This document shows positions 34,772 through 46,593 of a DNA stretch of 64,000 bases, piece by piece. The DNA lies in NCBI GenBank assembly GCA_900088475.1, contig FLMG01003832.1, positions 14,354 through 78,353 of the forward strand, given 5' to 3'. The position numbers and the translations under genes were made by a program. This stretch comes from Hyphochytrium catenoides. Taxonomy: Eukaryota > Protista > Hyphochytriomycota. Below the pieces are notes generated by a model that saw only the letters and a program-made list of their open reading frames with translations, was not told the DNA's origin and made no database searches. Each line of letters opens with the position of its first letter. Position 1 is the stretch's first letter.

Positions 34772-37700
34772 AAGAGAGAGAAAAGAGAGAGGGTAGTGCC
34801 CCTCAAAGGCCAATCTTTTGAGGTGGTGACCTGTCTCCATCTCCCTCGCTATCAGGCAGTAGATCTATAGTCCCAGCACTGCTGCTGCTGCTGCTGCCAT
34901 CTTCTCTTCTTCGCCCTGAACGGAGGAGGAAGTTCTCCTTCTGTTGATCCTCAGAAAGTTCTGACAGCCAACAGGTGCGGCTGGTCTCTCATCTTTTTCT
35001 TCTTCTTTCAACACTAGCTCCTAGGGCAATCACGGCAGAAGACGCTTAGTTTGTCAGAAAGAAGATCCATCATCAGAGTGGTGAGGCGCCGCTGCGTGTT
35101 CTGGCCACCACGATCAGAGGCTGTCTGACTATCCCTTGGCCTGCTTGGCCGCCTGACTACGATGGCAGGGATTCTCTATTCGAAGCGTGATGATGACTTC
35201 TTGAAAGCTGCCTGTGGACTGTTCGGAGAGCGGCGAAGTCACGGCGCTTGGTAAGTGTGCCGACCAAGCTCAGGACACAGCGGGAGAACAGGCAAAAGGT
35301 ATTATGCACGTCATAGGGATTTAGCCGCGCGTGAATGGCCGTCACGACGATGGTGTGACAGACATTATCGGTCGGTCGCTCGACACCACGCTGACTCTTG
35401 GGAAGACGACAGCCAGAGAAGGGACGGATCTCTTGTGTGTGCCTGCTGCTGAAGAAGGAAATGCGCTGATTGACATGATGCGACAGCGGCTACGCATCGT
35501 CGTGGGATCTTTGCCACCCATGGGACGTGCCGGTCAAGACAAGCAACGACGTGAGATCCAACGCCTTGTCCTTGGACGCGCGGAGGATTATGGACCACCC
35601 GTCCGTGGTAATGCGTGGGTTCTCTCCCGACCTGACGTCTCCACATTCCTTAGAGTCCCCCGTTCAGCAAGGATGTCACCTACTCTCCCGTCGGAGATCA
35701 GGCAGGTTTGCGATGCCCTTGAAGACCCGTCGAGGTCTACCATTGGTACCACTTGCGGAGATTGTTGGACAGTGAATAGCAACGCTTTCGAGGCCCATGA
35801 GGCACAGAGCTCGTGGAGACGAGCAGGCCTTCGATTCCTTCTCTCGCGCCTTTCACGTCTTACCATGCCAGATCCCTTCTGCAGCACCGAGCGAGGGCAC
35901 AGTCATCCTGCTGCCGTGCAAAGCGTCTGGATAGTAGGTTGATAACGTTGGACCACTAGCCAGGCGACAGCCAGACTCCGTCAAAGGAAAGCACATGGTG
36001 GTCTGCTGGTGTACACATTGTCAGCAGGTAAAGCGCAATAGCAGCAGCATGCGACATCGCACACGCGCATCTTCTGGGTAACAATCATCAAGGAGAGAGA
36101 GTGTTGCCCTTGAAGGAAGAAGATTGATCCGGTGGCAATGCTGATAGTGAGAAAGAAGAGATGGATAGAAGAGGAAGAGCTAAAGCTGCGCAACAACGAC
36201 TCACCAAAAGTACGCAATGCTTTGTAGGGCAGGGAGGAGCAGGAGTCATCATCTAGGAGCTGACTAAGAATGGACCAAGAAGAGCGCTACTCGTGACAGA
36301 GTAGCGTCTGACTCTTGAGTGAATGCGCTACCGGAGCCTCGGGCTGACAACAGTCCATGGATGTCAGTTGGTCGCTAGCTCCAGCGGCGAGGAGAAGGTG
36401 TCCAGCAGCAGAAGCAGCAGAGGACACTTTGAAAAATATGGACGCTCCTTGCTCTCTTCTTCTTTCGACTTTTTCTCAAGAAATGAGCTAAGGCCTTACT
36501 CCTCCTTTGAAGAAAGAAGAAGAAGAGTAGGAGAAGAAGAAAGAAGAAGAAGAAGAAAAAAGAAAGAAGGAGAATAGACGGAGAAGAAGGAGAAGAAGAA
36601 GAAAGAGGAAAGAGGAAAGAGAAGGACCGAGGTAGGAAAGGCTTGGTCTCTTCATCAGCTCTTTCTCCCCTTCACCACTATTATCAGCTGATCTCTTCAG
36701 CAATGATGAGAACAAAAGGAGAGGCAATGAAGACCACCTTCATCACACTGCCAGGCAAGCAGAAAGGGTTCTTTACTTCCTGGCAGGGAGGTTGAGGTCT
36801 GACAGAGCTCCAAAAAGAAGAAGAAGACTAGGAACATAGCGGATGAATCTCTTAGTAGTGCTTCGCCTCTCACCTCATCATGAGAAGCTAACAGCCCTAA
36901 GCTTCCAATCATTGCCGCTCCGTCCTGGTGTCAGGGGAACCGCTGCAGGTCAGCCCAGAATCTCCTTATTCTTCCTCGTCTCCTGCAGCAGCAGGAAGCC
37001 CTTGTTCTTCTCGCTGTCTCGTTTGGCTTTCCTTCTCTTCCACGTCTCTTTCCTGTTGGACTTGGCCACTGAAAACAGCACATCATCATTGACAGCGGAG
37101 GATTCTCTAGCGTTTTTGTCAGGCGTCCCAGCTCCGGGGCTGCTATTATTGAGGTGGCGCCAACCAGGAAGAGTAGTCAACAGTGCGGCAGTCCGCATCG
37201 GATATGAAGCCGCTTCTGCGCGCACAGGTGGGATGCTCACCTCCTCCTGACAGCTAAGCAGCGGGCGCGCTTCTTGTCCTCTTCCCTGGCTGATCTTGTC
37301 CTGGGTGGCTCTGGATCAGGGTTTTCCTTATGGGAATCCTCCTCCTCCACACAGGTAAACCTTCCACTTTGCAGCCGGGACTCACTAGAAAGAGAGCCAT
37401 TATCCTTGTAAGTGCTGTCCATCGTAAGAGAAGACATTACATTGGCAAGCCTCATCAACGCTCGTTTCCCTCGGGTGCTTGATGAGCGTCTGTACTTGGA
37501 AGGTCCTTCTTGACCGAACTGCTTCCTGCAGCAGCATGCTAGGCGAACGAACAACGCTACCTTTCTGCACTTCCTGCCGCGCACGCGTTCTATCGCAAGC
37601 CTTTGGCCACGTTCGTCCCTTGTGGGACTTCCTTTGGAGAAGAAGTTGGCCCAGCTCCTGTCTGGATCTAAAGGACAGCGGCAGTGCTGGTCATCGACGG

Positions 37701-38507
37701 GTTCCTCTCTCTTGCCAGTCTAGGATGTACTCCTTCTGTCGATAGAGAGGGAGAGGTTATGGTCGCGGTGAGAGCCAACAATCGCCAACATGAGGAAGAG
37801 CTAGCCATCACGAGAAAGCGTGCCATGTCCTTCCTTGTGCCGTCAAAGGCTGAAGAAGATTGAGGCGTGGGCTGGCTGTTAGCTGGGCTGTTAGCCGCAA
37901 AAGAAGAACCTTCTTTGCCCTTCCTGAAGCGCCTTCCAGGTGCCAGAAGCCTCCTCCTGCTAGCTGTTTGTTTCTCAGAGATGGATCTCTATGCAAGAGA
38001 GATTGGATAGAGATTCGTCGATCTATTGCTTGGTACCATCAGTCAGCCCGCTAAGTTAGTAAGAGGAAGTTTTGGTGGCTAGAACGGTAAAGGCGTTAGT
38101 TGATATATAAAAGAAGAAGAAGGCCTATAGACTTTCTCTCCCTCCTCCGCTCTCTCTCTCTTTCCTTCTTCTCGCCCCCGTCTCCCGCTTTTCTCTCTCT
38201 CTCTTTCTCACTCACTCTTTCTGTGTCATATTTCCTATAGCCCTGCTCTTATCACTATTAAGAGCTCTAAGGATAAAGGACGGAAGGAGCAACAACCGGT
38301 CTATTTTACTCCGAGATAAAGATCGAGAGGCTATTGTCCTTGAACGACTTGGGCTGTCTAGGGATCTGGTGCAAATGGCAAGCAAATCTATGACTTTGCT
38401 GACGTCCGTGTTGGCTCTCCTAAGGAGGCATCGCTCTCTTTATGTTCCGGAATAATAGCCACTGAATGAAGTCCATGGCATAGATGGGAAGCCGTGCACA
38501 GTCTGCT

Positions 38508-38984
38508 TTAGACTCGCCTGATCGTTTCTAGCCTTGCAGGCGGACCAAAGTCACAGCCATCTTGCTGGATCTGTAGGTGGTTGGCCATCTGGCACAGTAC
38601 GCAGGCAGGGCAGCACCAGGAGCAACAACAGTCGCCACAGCAGTCCCCATGCAACCCTAGGACCTGGCTTGCTTTTCTTCTTAACAAGCATGTCCAACAA
38701 CAGCTAAAGCCCATGAAAATTGAGAGCAGACAGAACAAACTGTTCACAAGGCATCCGCAGTCATCGCAGCATCCATTAGAGCCAATCCTCTCTGAGATCT
38801 GGCCGAAGGTAATGCATGGACAGTACATCACCATACAGCAGTTTTTGCAGTTATCTGTGCATCCACATATTCCTGAGGACCAACCAAGACTCTGATGAAC
38901 TGGAGCTGTGCTCATGACATAGACAACGTTCTGGTGGTTGTTGGGGCTTGCGGGCAGGCCGTTCTGAGTAGTGGCAACCTTCAT
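38508..38984 (-). CDS. PLAC8/cornifelin family Cys-rich protein
   Basis: WSSGICGCTDNCKNCCMVMYCPCITFGQISERI ... LRRK ... GDCCGDCCCSWCCPACVLCQMA matches the PLAC8 signature. Confidence 0.93.
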   Translation of the reverse strand: MKVATTQNGLPASPNNHQNVVYVMSTAPVHQSLGWSSGICGCTDNCKNCCMVMYCPCITFGQISERIGSNGCCDDCGCLVNSLFCLLSIFMGFSCCWTCLLRRKASQVLGLHGDCCGDCCCSWCCPACVLCQMANHLQIQQDGCDFGPPARLETIRRV

Positions 38985-40164
38985 CTCTTGCCTCTGACGA
39001 CGGTCCGGTAGGAGGGCCGGGGCTCTTTATCACTTCTTGGAAGAGAAAGCGAACGGATAATCCAACCAGCAGGACAGCCAATAAATTGATGATCGAGGTC
39101 TTCTTTCTAAGCCAATAGTTCTTCAAAGCAGTGACGTCTGACGCGGTGGAAAGCAGCTGCCGCCCTCGATAGAAAATGAAAAGTAATGCTGGCTCCTTTT
39201 TGGGAGGGTCATACACATTTTGCTCTTCTTGAAGAAGGTCAAATAGCTGGCACCCGGCGGCGGTGCAGTTGGAGAATGATGGTGATGATGAGTACATGCA
39301 CTCGTAGAGAGCAAGAAGAAGCATATAGAGGAGTAGGTAGATCGGCCCTCTAACAATGTTATAACTGCTGAAGTAGTAACAATAACATGAACACGACGAA
39401 GACAGGAACGTCATCCCTATTCCTGCTGATCAAAAAGAAGCCGCGGAGAACGAAGAGGTGACGAAGAAGAAGAAGCAGACAACCAAAACAACAATGGTCT
39501 ATCCTCCTGCCTATTATAGAGAGAGAGTGCACACCTGTGATAACAACTCTACTACTGGCGTCCGGTCCGTTACATCCTGGTCCAGTAGCTGTAAAACAGG
39601 TGAAGAAACAAACAACAATGGTCATTGGCGGCGGAAGGAGGAGGACTCTCCTCAGAAAAGCTCATCAAGTGAATCCCGTCCCGTCAAGGAGGGCAACAAC
39701 AAGTGCCATAGCAGCAGCAGCAGAAGGAGAAGAAGAAGCGCACTACTACTACTACTAGAAGCGTTAGTAGTAGCTTTAGTAGTGCACTAGGGAGTAACGA
39801 CTCGAGTTCTACTGTTTTGTCGCACAAAGGTAAGAGAGCTGGGTCATCCAAAGCTCCGCTTCCTGGTAACCTCTCAATTGGTATGAAAGCACAGATAATA
39901 TCTGCCTTAGGATTGGAGATATAGCGACGCCAGATACCATTCTCGGAGTTGAGCTTCGGCGGGCGTAAGACCTTATTCAGAATTACGGTACATGATCTGG
40001 ACACCTATGGGGGATTATCCTTGCTTTATGCGAAATGATGCAAGTATTGAGCCGCTGGTGGAAGGATGAAACCACCTTGATGTCCGTCTCATCATCAACT
40101 TCCTCTCAAGCCGAAGAAGAACGGAAGAAGCTGCTGCTGCTGCTCGAACCACGACGACGAGCAC

Positions 40165-40580
40165 TCTTAGAACTAGTGCTCCCTCGTCATCGTCGCTGCT
40201 CCTGCTGTGCTGCTTCCTCTTCACTCTACAACTAGTGTTCCCTCGTTATCGTCGCTGATCCTGCTGGCTGGGCTGCTTCCTCTTCTCCAGGACTACTACT
40301 CCACCAGAAGAAGTAAAGTTCCCTCGTCATCGACGGTCGCTGCTCCTGCTGTGCTGCTTCCTCTTCACTCTAGAACTAGTTCCCTCGTCATCCATATCGT
40401 CGCTGCTGCTGCTGCGGTGCTGCTTCCTCTTTACTCTAGAACTACTACTGTTCCCTCGTCATCCATATCGTCGCTGCTGCTGCGGTGCAGCTTCCTCTTT
40501 ACTCTAGAACTAACTACTGTTACTCCCTCGTCATCGTCGCTGCTCCTCTGCTCCTGCTGTGCTGCTTCCTCCTTTCTTTA
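40165..40580. repeat. Degenerate ~55-80-bp minisatellite, ~6 units
   Basis: Recurring ttccctcgtcatc..gtcgctgct..ctgctg(t/c)g..gcttcctctt.actctagaact. Confidence 0.88.
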
Positions 40581-41062
40581 GTTCTCCACTCTTCTGTTGC
40601 TGCTGCTCCTCCTGCCAGTTAAACGTATCATCGCTCATCCTGGATTCCTCATCTTCTATCATCATCACCGGTCAAGATAGAGCTAAAGCAGCGCCAGCCT
40701 TCGTCCACTAGTAGTCATTAGTCGTCAAGACGCATGCAACAACTAGGGAAATGTAATGAAGTACAAATAACAGGATCACCGGATTTTGGAGCAGGAGGTT
40801 TTTTGGAGTCTCTGCAGTCTATCTTGTAAGCGATCGGGCTAGTAGACTGATCTGGACAAGAGAGGATCCCATACGCTCGTCTTCTCTCGTCATCATCGCT
40901 GCTCCTGCTGTCCTGCTTCATCCTTTCTTTAGTTCTCCACTCTGTTGCCGCTGCCAAATAGACAAAGTATCATCGCTCATCTTGGTACTCCTCTATCATC
41001 ATCATCATCACCTGTCACTATAGGACTAAACCAGCGCCAGTCTTCGTCCACTAATAGTCAGT
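40520..41062. repeat. Diverged ~350-bp-spaced duplication
   Basis: cctttctt(t)tagttctccact...gtatcatcgctcatc...cagcgccag.cttcgtccacta.tagtca at ~40571-40717 and ~40922-41060. Confidence 0.8.
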
Positions 41063-44000
41063 AGTAACGGAAGAATCATCACGACGGAATTTCCAAAGCT
41101 CGCTGTCATTAGGAGTCTCTGCAGCAGTCTTACTATACTTTCAAGCGACCCTCACCTTTCTCCTCAAGATGATGATAAGGCCTTAGCTACTATTCTTATA
41201 AAAATAATACTTTCTACCTAAAAAAGAGATTCAAGAAGAGGGAAGGAGAAGAAGAAGAAAAAAAAAAAGCAGAGGAAGCAGAGGAAGAAGAGACAAGAGT
41301 TACAAAGTCCTGGACACTATCTCTAACCAAGGCTTATTATTACCCGCGTAATCTTTCCCCTACTATCCCACGTTGCAGTTAGGTATATAGATCTTGATAG
41401 TTAAGAGTAGAAGGATCTGTAGCGTTAAAATTGATAGAGAAAAGCCTTTTCATTTAGAATGAGGATAATGCGGTGGGAAGCACAGCTCTCTCTCATTCTT
41501 GTTGAGTCCAGAACCTCATCTCCTTTCGTCTCGGAATGATAGATGATGATGGGGCACGGGCTATCTAATGATAATATCTGTTCTTCTCCCCTCCGTCATA
41601 TAATAATTAGACAAAGCTTGCCTCCTGTGGTGCTCTGCCTGGGAGCCCCAGATCCTCTGCTGTCATCTTGGTCATTGCCTCCTCACATCCACACCACGAC
41701 GGGGTCGTTTGCCTTGCAGTGATCATGACAGGCAGAAGAAGTGAACTTGGCAGCTCCTCCCGGGCCACAGGCACTACGCTCTGTACATCTTTAGGACAGT
41801 GATGATGATAAGGAGCCAGCGCAAACGCGGGTAGTAGGCCCGCCCTGCTGGCCCCAGGCTGCTTCGCTGCCTGATAACAATGAGGATGATCAAACATTAT
41901 ATTCCTGCTGCAACTCTATCTACGTACTCCACGCTGGAGAGCACACGGCCGGGTAAGCTCTTTCTATAGGTAATCATAGCAAGGTAATCATAGCAAGGGC
42001 GCCACCCCGGCCGGCCTGGTCTCGGGCCATGGGTGGGCTCTCTCTCTCCCTCTCTCCTGTTGTTGGCGCTCAAGAGACAAACGAGAAAGATGGCGTGCTA
42101 ACCTCCCTCAACAGAGGGCACTTTCTTGCCTTGATCTAAGGACGTATAAGGTACTTCTGATGACGAAGAGCGGTACGGCCCGCGCTCCTTCTTCTTCTCA
42201 GGAGACTCGCTGCCCGAGCTCTTCTTATGATTGTTTTGAAGACAGAGAGAGAGAAAGAGAGAGAGAGAGAGGATAGAGGGGGGAATGATAATTCGGCTGG
42301 TGGTTGTGGCTGGCGCAGTGTACCTTCTTCTGCTTGCGTTTGGTAGGGAGCTAGCCAAAACGTCATCCGATCTTCTAGGCTAGCTCCTGCGGGCAGCAGC
42401 CAGACGCCACCTGGAGGTCAGAGCATGGCAGGAAAAAAAAAGAACATATCTTCTCTCTTCCGTTATGTTCACAATGGAGAGGGAGCGAAGCGGAAGCAAA
42501 AATAAGTAGCCACTCTTCTCTTTCCTTTCTCTTCATCCGTGTAGTTTCTTCTTTTTTTCTCTCTCTCCTCTTCAATTTGCCTATCATTCCTTTCTTCTCT
42601 CTTCCTTTCTTACCAGGCTTTTTCATTTTTTTCACTACGGAGTACTTCTTCCCCTTCTCCTCCTAGATGGCTCTCGCGCCCTCCCCTCTCAAGTCTCTCT
42701 CTTCTCTCAAAGGCCTCTGAAGTCTCTCTCTTCGTCTCTCTCTTCGTCTCTCTCTTTCACTCTTCTCTTTTTTCTTTCTCTCGTCGCCTCGTCAGGTGGT
42801 AAAGATCATCATCACTGTCAACCGAGAGACACGTCCTGCTCCAGAAGAGCACCACACCAACTACAAGACTGCTATAGAAGATAACCAAGCTAGTTTCTTT
42901 AAGCGACAGTCCTCAAACTCTCTCTTTCTCTGTCGTCGGTCTTCTCTCTCTCTTTTTTTCCTCTGCCATGCTCATTCTGTCTTTCTCCTTCTCCTTCTCT
43001 TTCTTTCACGTTTTTCTCTTCATTATGCTGTTCTCTCTTCTCTCTCTTCTCTTCAAGATATCTTCTCTCTCTCTTCTCTACTATTTCACTCAATAATGAG
43101 CCCTTTTCCCCACTCACGCTTCCTCTCTCCTGCTCATTATAGTTTGCCTTCCTTCCTCCTCGCGTTTTTCTACTTTCGCCACGCTCCTCCTCTTCCCTTG
43201 CGGTCTACTTTCTTTCTCTCTCTCTCTTCTTATCTTCCACCGTCATGTTGAACTATGATGACGAAGTTCCTTTCCCCTGTCTTCAAGCTTTTTGACAACC
43301 TCTCCGTCCGCTAATAATAATCATAACATGATCCGTTTCCCTAGTGTCCTCTCTTCTTGTGTCCTCTCTTCTTGCTGCTCCCCGTTGATTGAGCTCTATA
43401 TTGTTCTTGCTGATCATTCCTGTTCTGGGGATCACCGGTGGAGTGGCTCTCTCTTTCTTCCTCTCTCTTCTCTTTTCTTCTTCTCAATTTGCCTCAATAG
43501 TCGCTCTTTCTCTTTCTCTCTCTGTCTCTCTCTCTCTTTCTCTCATCCCTTTGCATTTCTCGTCCTTGTTTCTCCAGTTGTCTCCTCTTACCGATTTCGT
43601 CATTCCCTGCTGCCATCAAGACAAAGTGTAAAAACGTTCTTCCTCTTCTGATTTTCTCACTGTTTTTGTTCTTTGTCTCTTTCTCTATATTGCTCTCTTG
43701 CTTTGCCTTGTCTCGAGGAGAAGATAGATCGCCTACTGTATCATCTTCCTCTTTCTGCTTATGGAGGCGTCGTAGTACTGCTTTGTTGCCCTTCTATTCT
43801 TACGCTTGTCGAAGTCTCTCTCTCTCTTTCTCCCCCTCTGTGTCTCTCTCCACTCTCCTCTTCCCTTCCCCTGCTGCTCCTCCAACAGCTTTGGCGTTTG
43901 TAAGACTCTGTCTCCTTACTCGATCTAGCTCTCGATCTGCAGCAACAAGCTAATGACCAGCGAGAGGTTGAGATTGAGATGGTGTAGAGAGAGTAAAAGA

Positions 44001-44158
44001 GAGAAATGTTCTAGAGGTTAGAGGTGTAGAGACAGAAAGAAGAACAGAGAGAGAGTGGGAACGAGAGAGGAAAAGAGAGAGAAAAAGAGAGAGAGAAAAT
44101 GAGAGAGAGGAAGAGAGAGAGAAAGAGAGAGAAGAAGAGAGAGAGAAAGAGAGAGAAG

Positions 44159-44224
<66 letters not shown>

Positions 44225-45278
44225 AAAAGAGAGAGATGAAATGAGAGGGAAAGAGAGTCATGAAAAATGAGAGAGAGAAAGAGAGAAACAGGATCGGAAA
44301 ATAAAACGAGAGAAATAAACGAGAGAAATGATCCCGTGCTCTCTTTTCAGGAAATAAAAAAGCTGGAAAATAAGATCTAAGGAACAGTGCGCACGGCACC
44401 TACTAAAGAAGGCTCTAATTGCGCTCGTACGCACAAACTCAAGTGCAGGGAACCAGGAGCTAAACGGCCGCCATGAAACAGGTAACACGTGCACAAGCTT
44501 CACATCAACAGACCCACGACGCACAATTGTGCGCACAATATAATGTTTCCACTACCGTTTTACAGTAGTCTAGTGTTTTACCGTTAGCCATCCGCCCTTC
44601 AAGTGCATTTGGTGCGCTCGGGGAGGAAACATGATCATAGCGAGGAAGAAAAGAGATAGAAGAAGAAGGAGAGGACGGGAGATGAGAGATGCGAGGAAGA
44701 TGGTCCCTCGAACAATGACAAGCGCGACTGATAACGACGGGAGAGCCAGTTCTTCTTTTCCATGCTGTTCCCCACAAAGCCGATGAGTCTTTTATTATGG
44801 GAAGGCAGGAAGGCAAGTACCTCCTTGACAGGCTTCACATCGCGAATAAATGCTGTTTAATCTCAAATCAAGAAAGTTAAGGGGTTCTACATTTGTGATC
44901 AAGTGCGGTGTGTTTGTCTGTTTCTGCCAGAAGAGAAGAACTTACGAACCTCTCTCTGCCTCTCTCTCTGCCTCTCTCTCTGTCTCTCTCTGCCTCTTCT
45001 TCTCATCCAGTCTTGTTCACTCTTCTCTCTTTGGTCTCTCTCTGTCTCATTCTCTCCTTCCTCGTCTATCTCTCTCTCTTTTTCCTTACTCTCACTCTGT
45101 CTCTCTGCCTCTCATTGCGGACAGTTGTTCATCATCTTCATCCTTCCCCCTCGATCTATCTTCCTTCTTTGTCCTTGTCTCTAGTCTTTTATTCTCTTTT
45201 TCTCTTTCCCTCGCCGCTCTCGCGCACTCTCTCCCTCTCTGCGCACCTCTCTTGCTCTCTCCTTTCTCTTTCTCCCCT

Positions 45279-45324
<46 letters not shown>

Positions 45325-45515
45325 ATCATTCCCTCCAGCTGCCTACAGTAATGCTCCCTATCATCATCAGTTGTCTTGCAAGGTTTGTTCCACTTGCTCG
45401 GTCTACAGAGCGATCTTCTCCGGCTCTAACTTCTCTTAGGCTGTTTTCCTTCTCCTTGGTTTGAGTTTCCACACTTTCTTCCCTCCTCTGCAGCTCTCCC
45501 TCTGGAATCTTTTCG

Positions 45516-45590
<75 letters not shown>

Positions 45591-45714
45591 TTTGTTTTTG
45601 CTTCGCTCTCTCTTATTTCCGCAGAACCAAAGAGATTCCTCTATTCGTCTTATACCGACCTGTCGTTCTCATTACATGTCTTCTCCCATCGTAATCAAGC
45701 TAGTAAAGCCCAAT

Positions 45715-45756
<42 letters not shown>

Positions 45757-45764
45757 GACACTGG

Positions 45765-45930
45765 CGCTGGTGCCGGTGGTGGCGCTGGGGTGGCAGGTTG
45801 CCCAAGCTTCTGCGGCAACAACATCGTCAAGGTTCTAACGAGAGAGAGAGAGAAACCCTGGCGCTGGTGTCGGTTGGCAGGTCGCCCAAGCTTCTGCGGC
45901 AACAGCATCGTCAAGCAGGTCAAGGTTCTA
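45765..45930. repeat. Two-copy ~87-bp duplication
   Basis: ggcaggt.gcccaagcttctgcggcaaca.catcgtcaag occurs twice. Confidence 0.85.
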
Positions 45931-46275
45931 TCGGAAGCCACTTTTATTCTCTCTCTCTTTCTCTCTCTCCACTTTCTCTCTTTTACTCTCTTCTTTGTTG
46001 CGCGGCTCACTCTATTTCTTTTCCATCCATCACTGCTGCGTCCGCTCATTTGGTTCTTCATTGCTTTTAGGATCAGCTCAGAACTCTCTCTTCGTCCTTT
46101 CAGTCAAGAAACACGTCCCTCCTTTATCCTCTCTCTCTCTCTCTTCTCTCTCTCTCTNNNNNNNNNNNNNNNNNNNNNNNNNNNNNNNNNNNNNNNNNNN
46201 NNNNNNNNNNNNNNNNNNNNNNNNNCGACGAAAGATCTTTGACTATTATCTTCTCCCTCGCGGTGCTCTCAATCT

Positions 46276-46317
<42 letters not shown>

Positions 46318-46593
46318 CTCTTCTCTCTCATCTCTTTTTCTACATCATAATGAGAGAATTGGTTGGGCTCTGGTTCTGGTGCTCGTCTAGCATCTTCTGC
46401 TCGTAGATGCGCTGATCCTTCCTCATTCCGACTCTTTCCTAAGAGAGAGCAAGTCCCCCTGCTCTCTTAACTCTCTGCTGTGTGCGTGTCTCTCTCTTCT
46501 GTACCGCCACCGCCGAAAGAAGTTTTTCAAGACTTAGGAAAGAGAAGAGCGAGGAGAAAAAGAAAAGAAGGAGAACGCAAAGGAGAAAAAACA

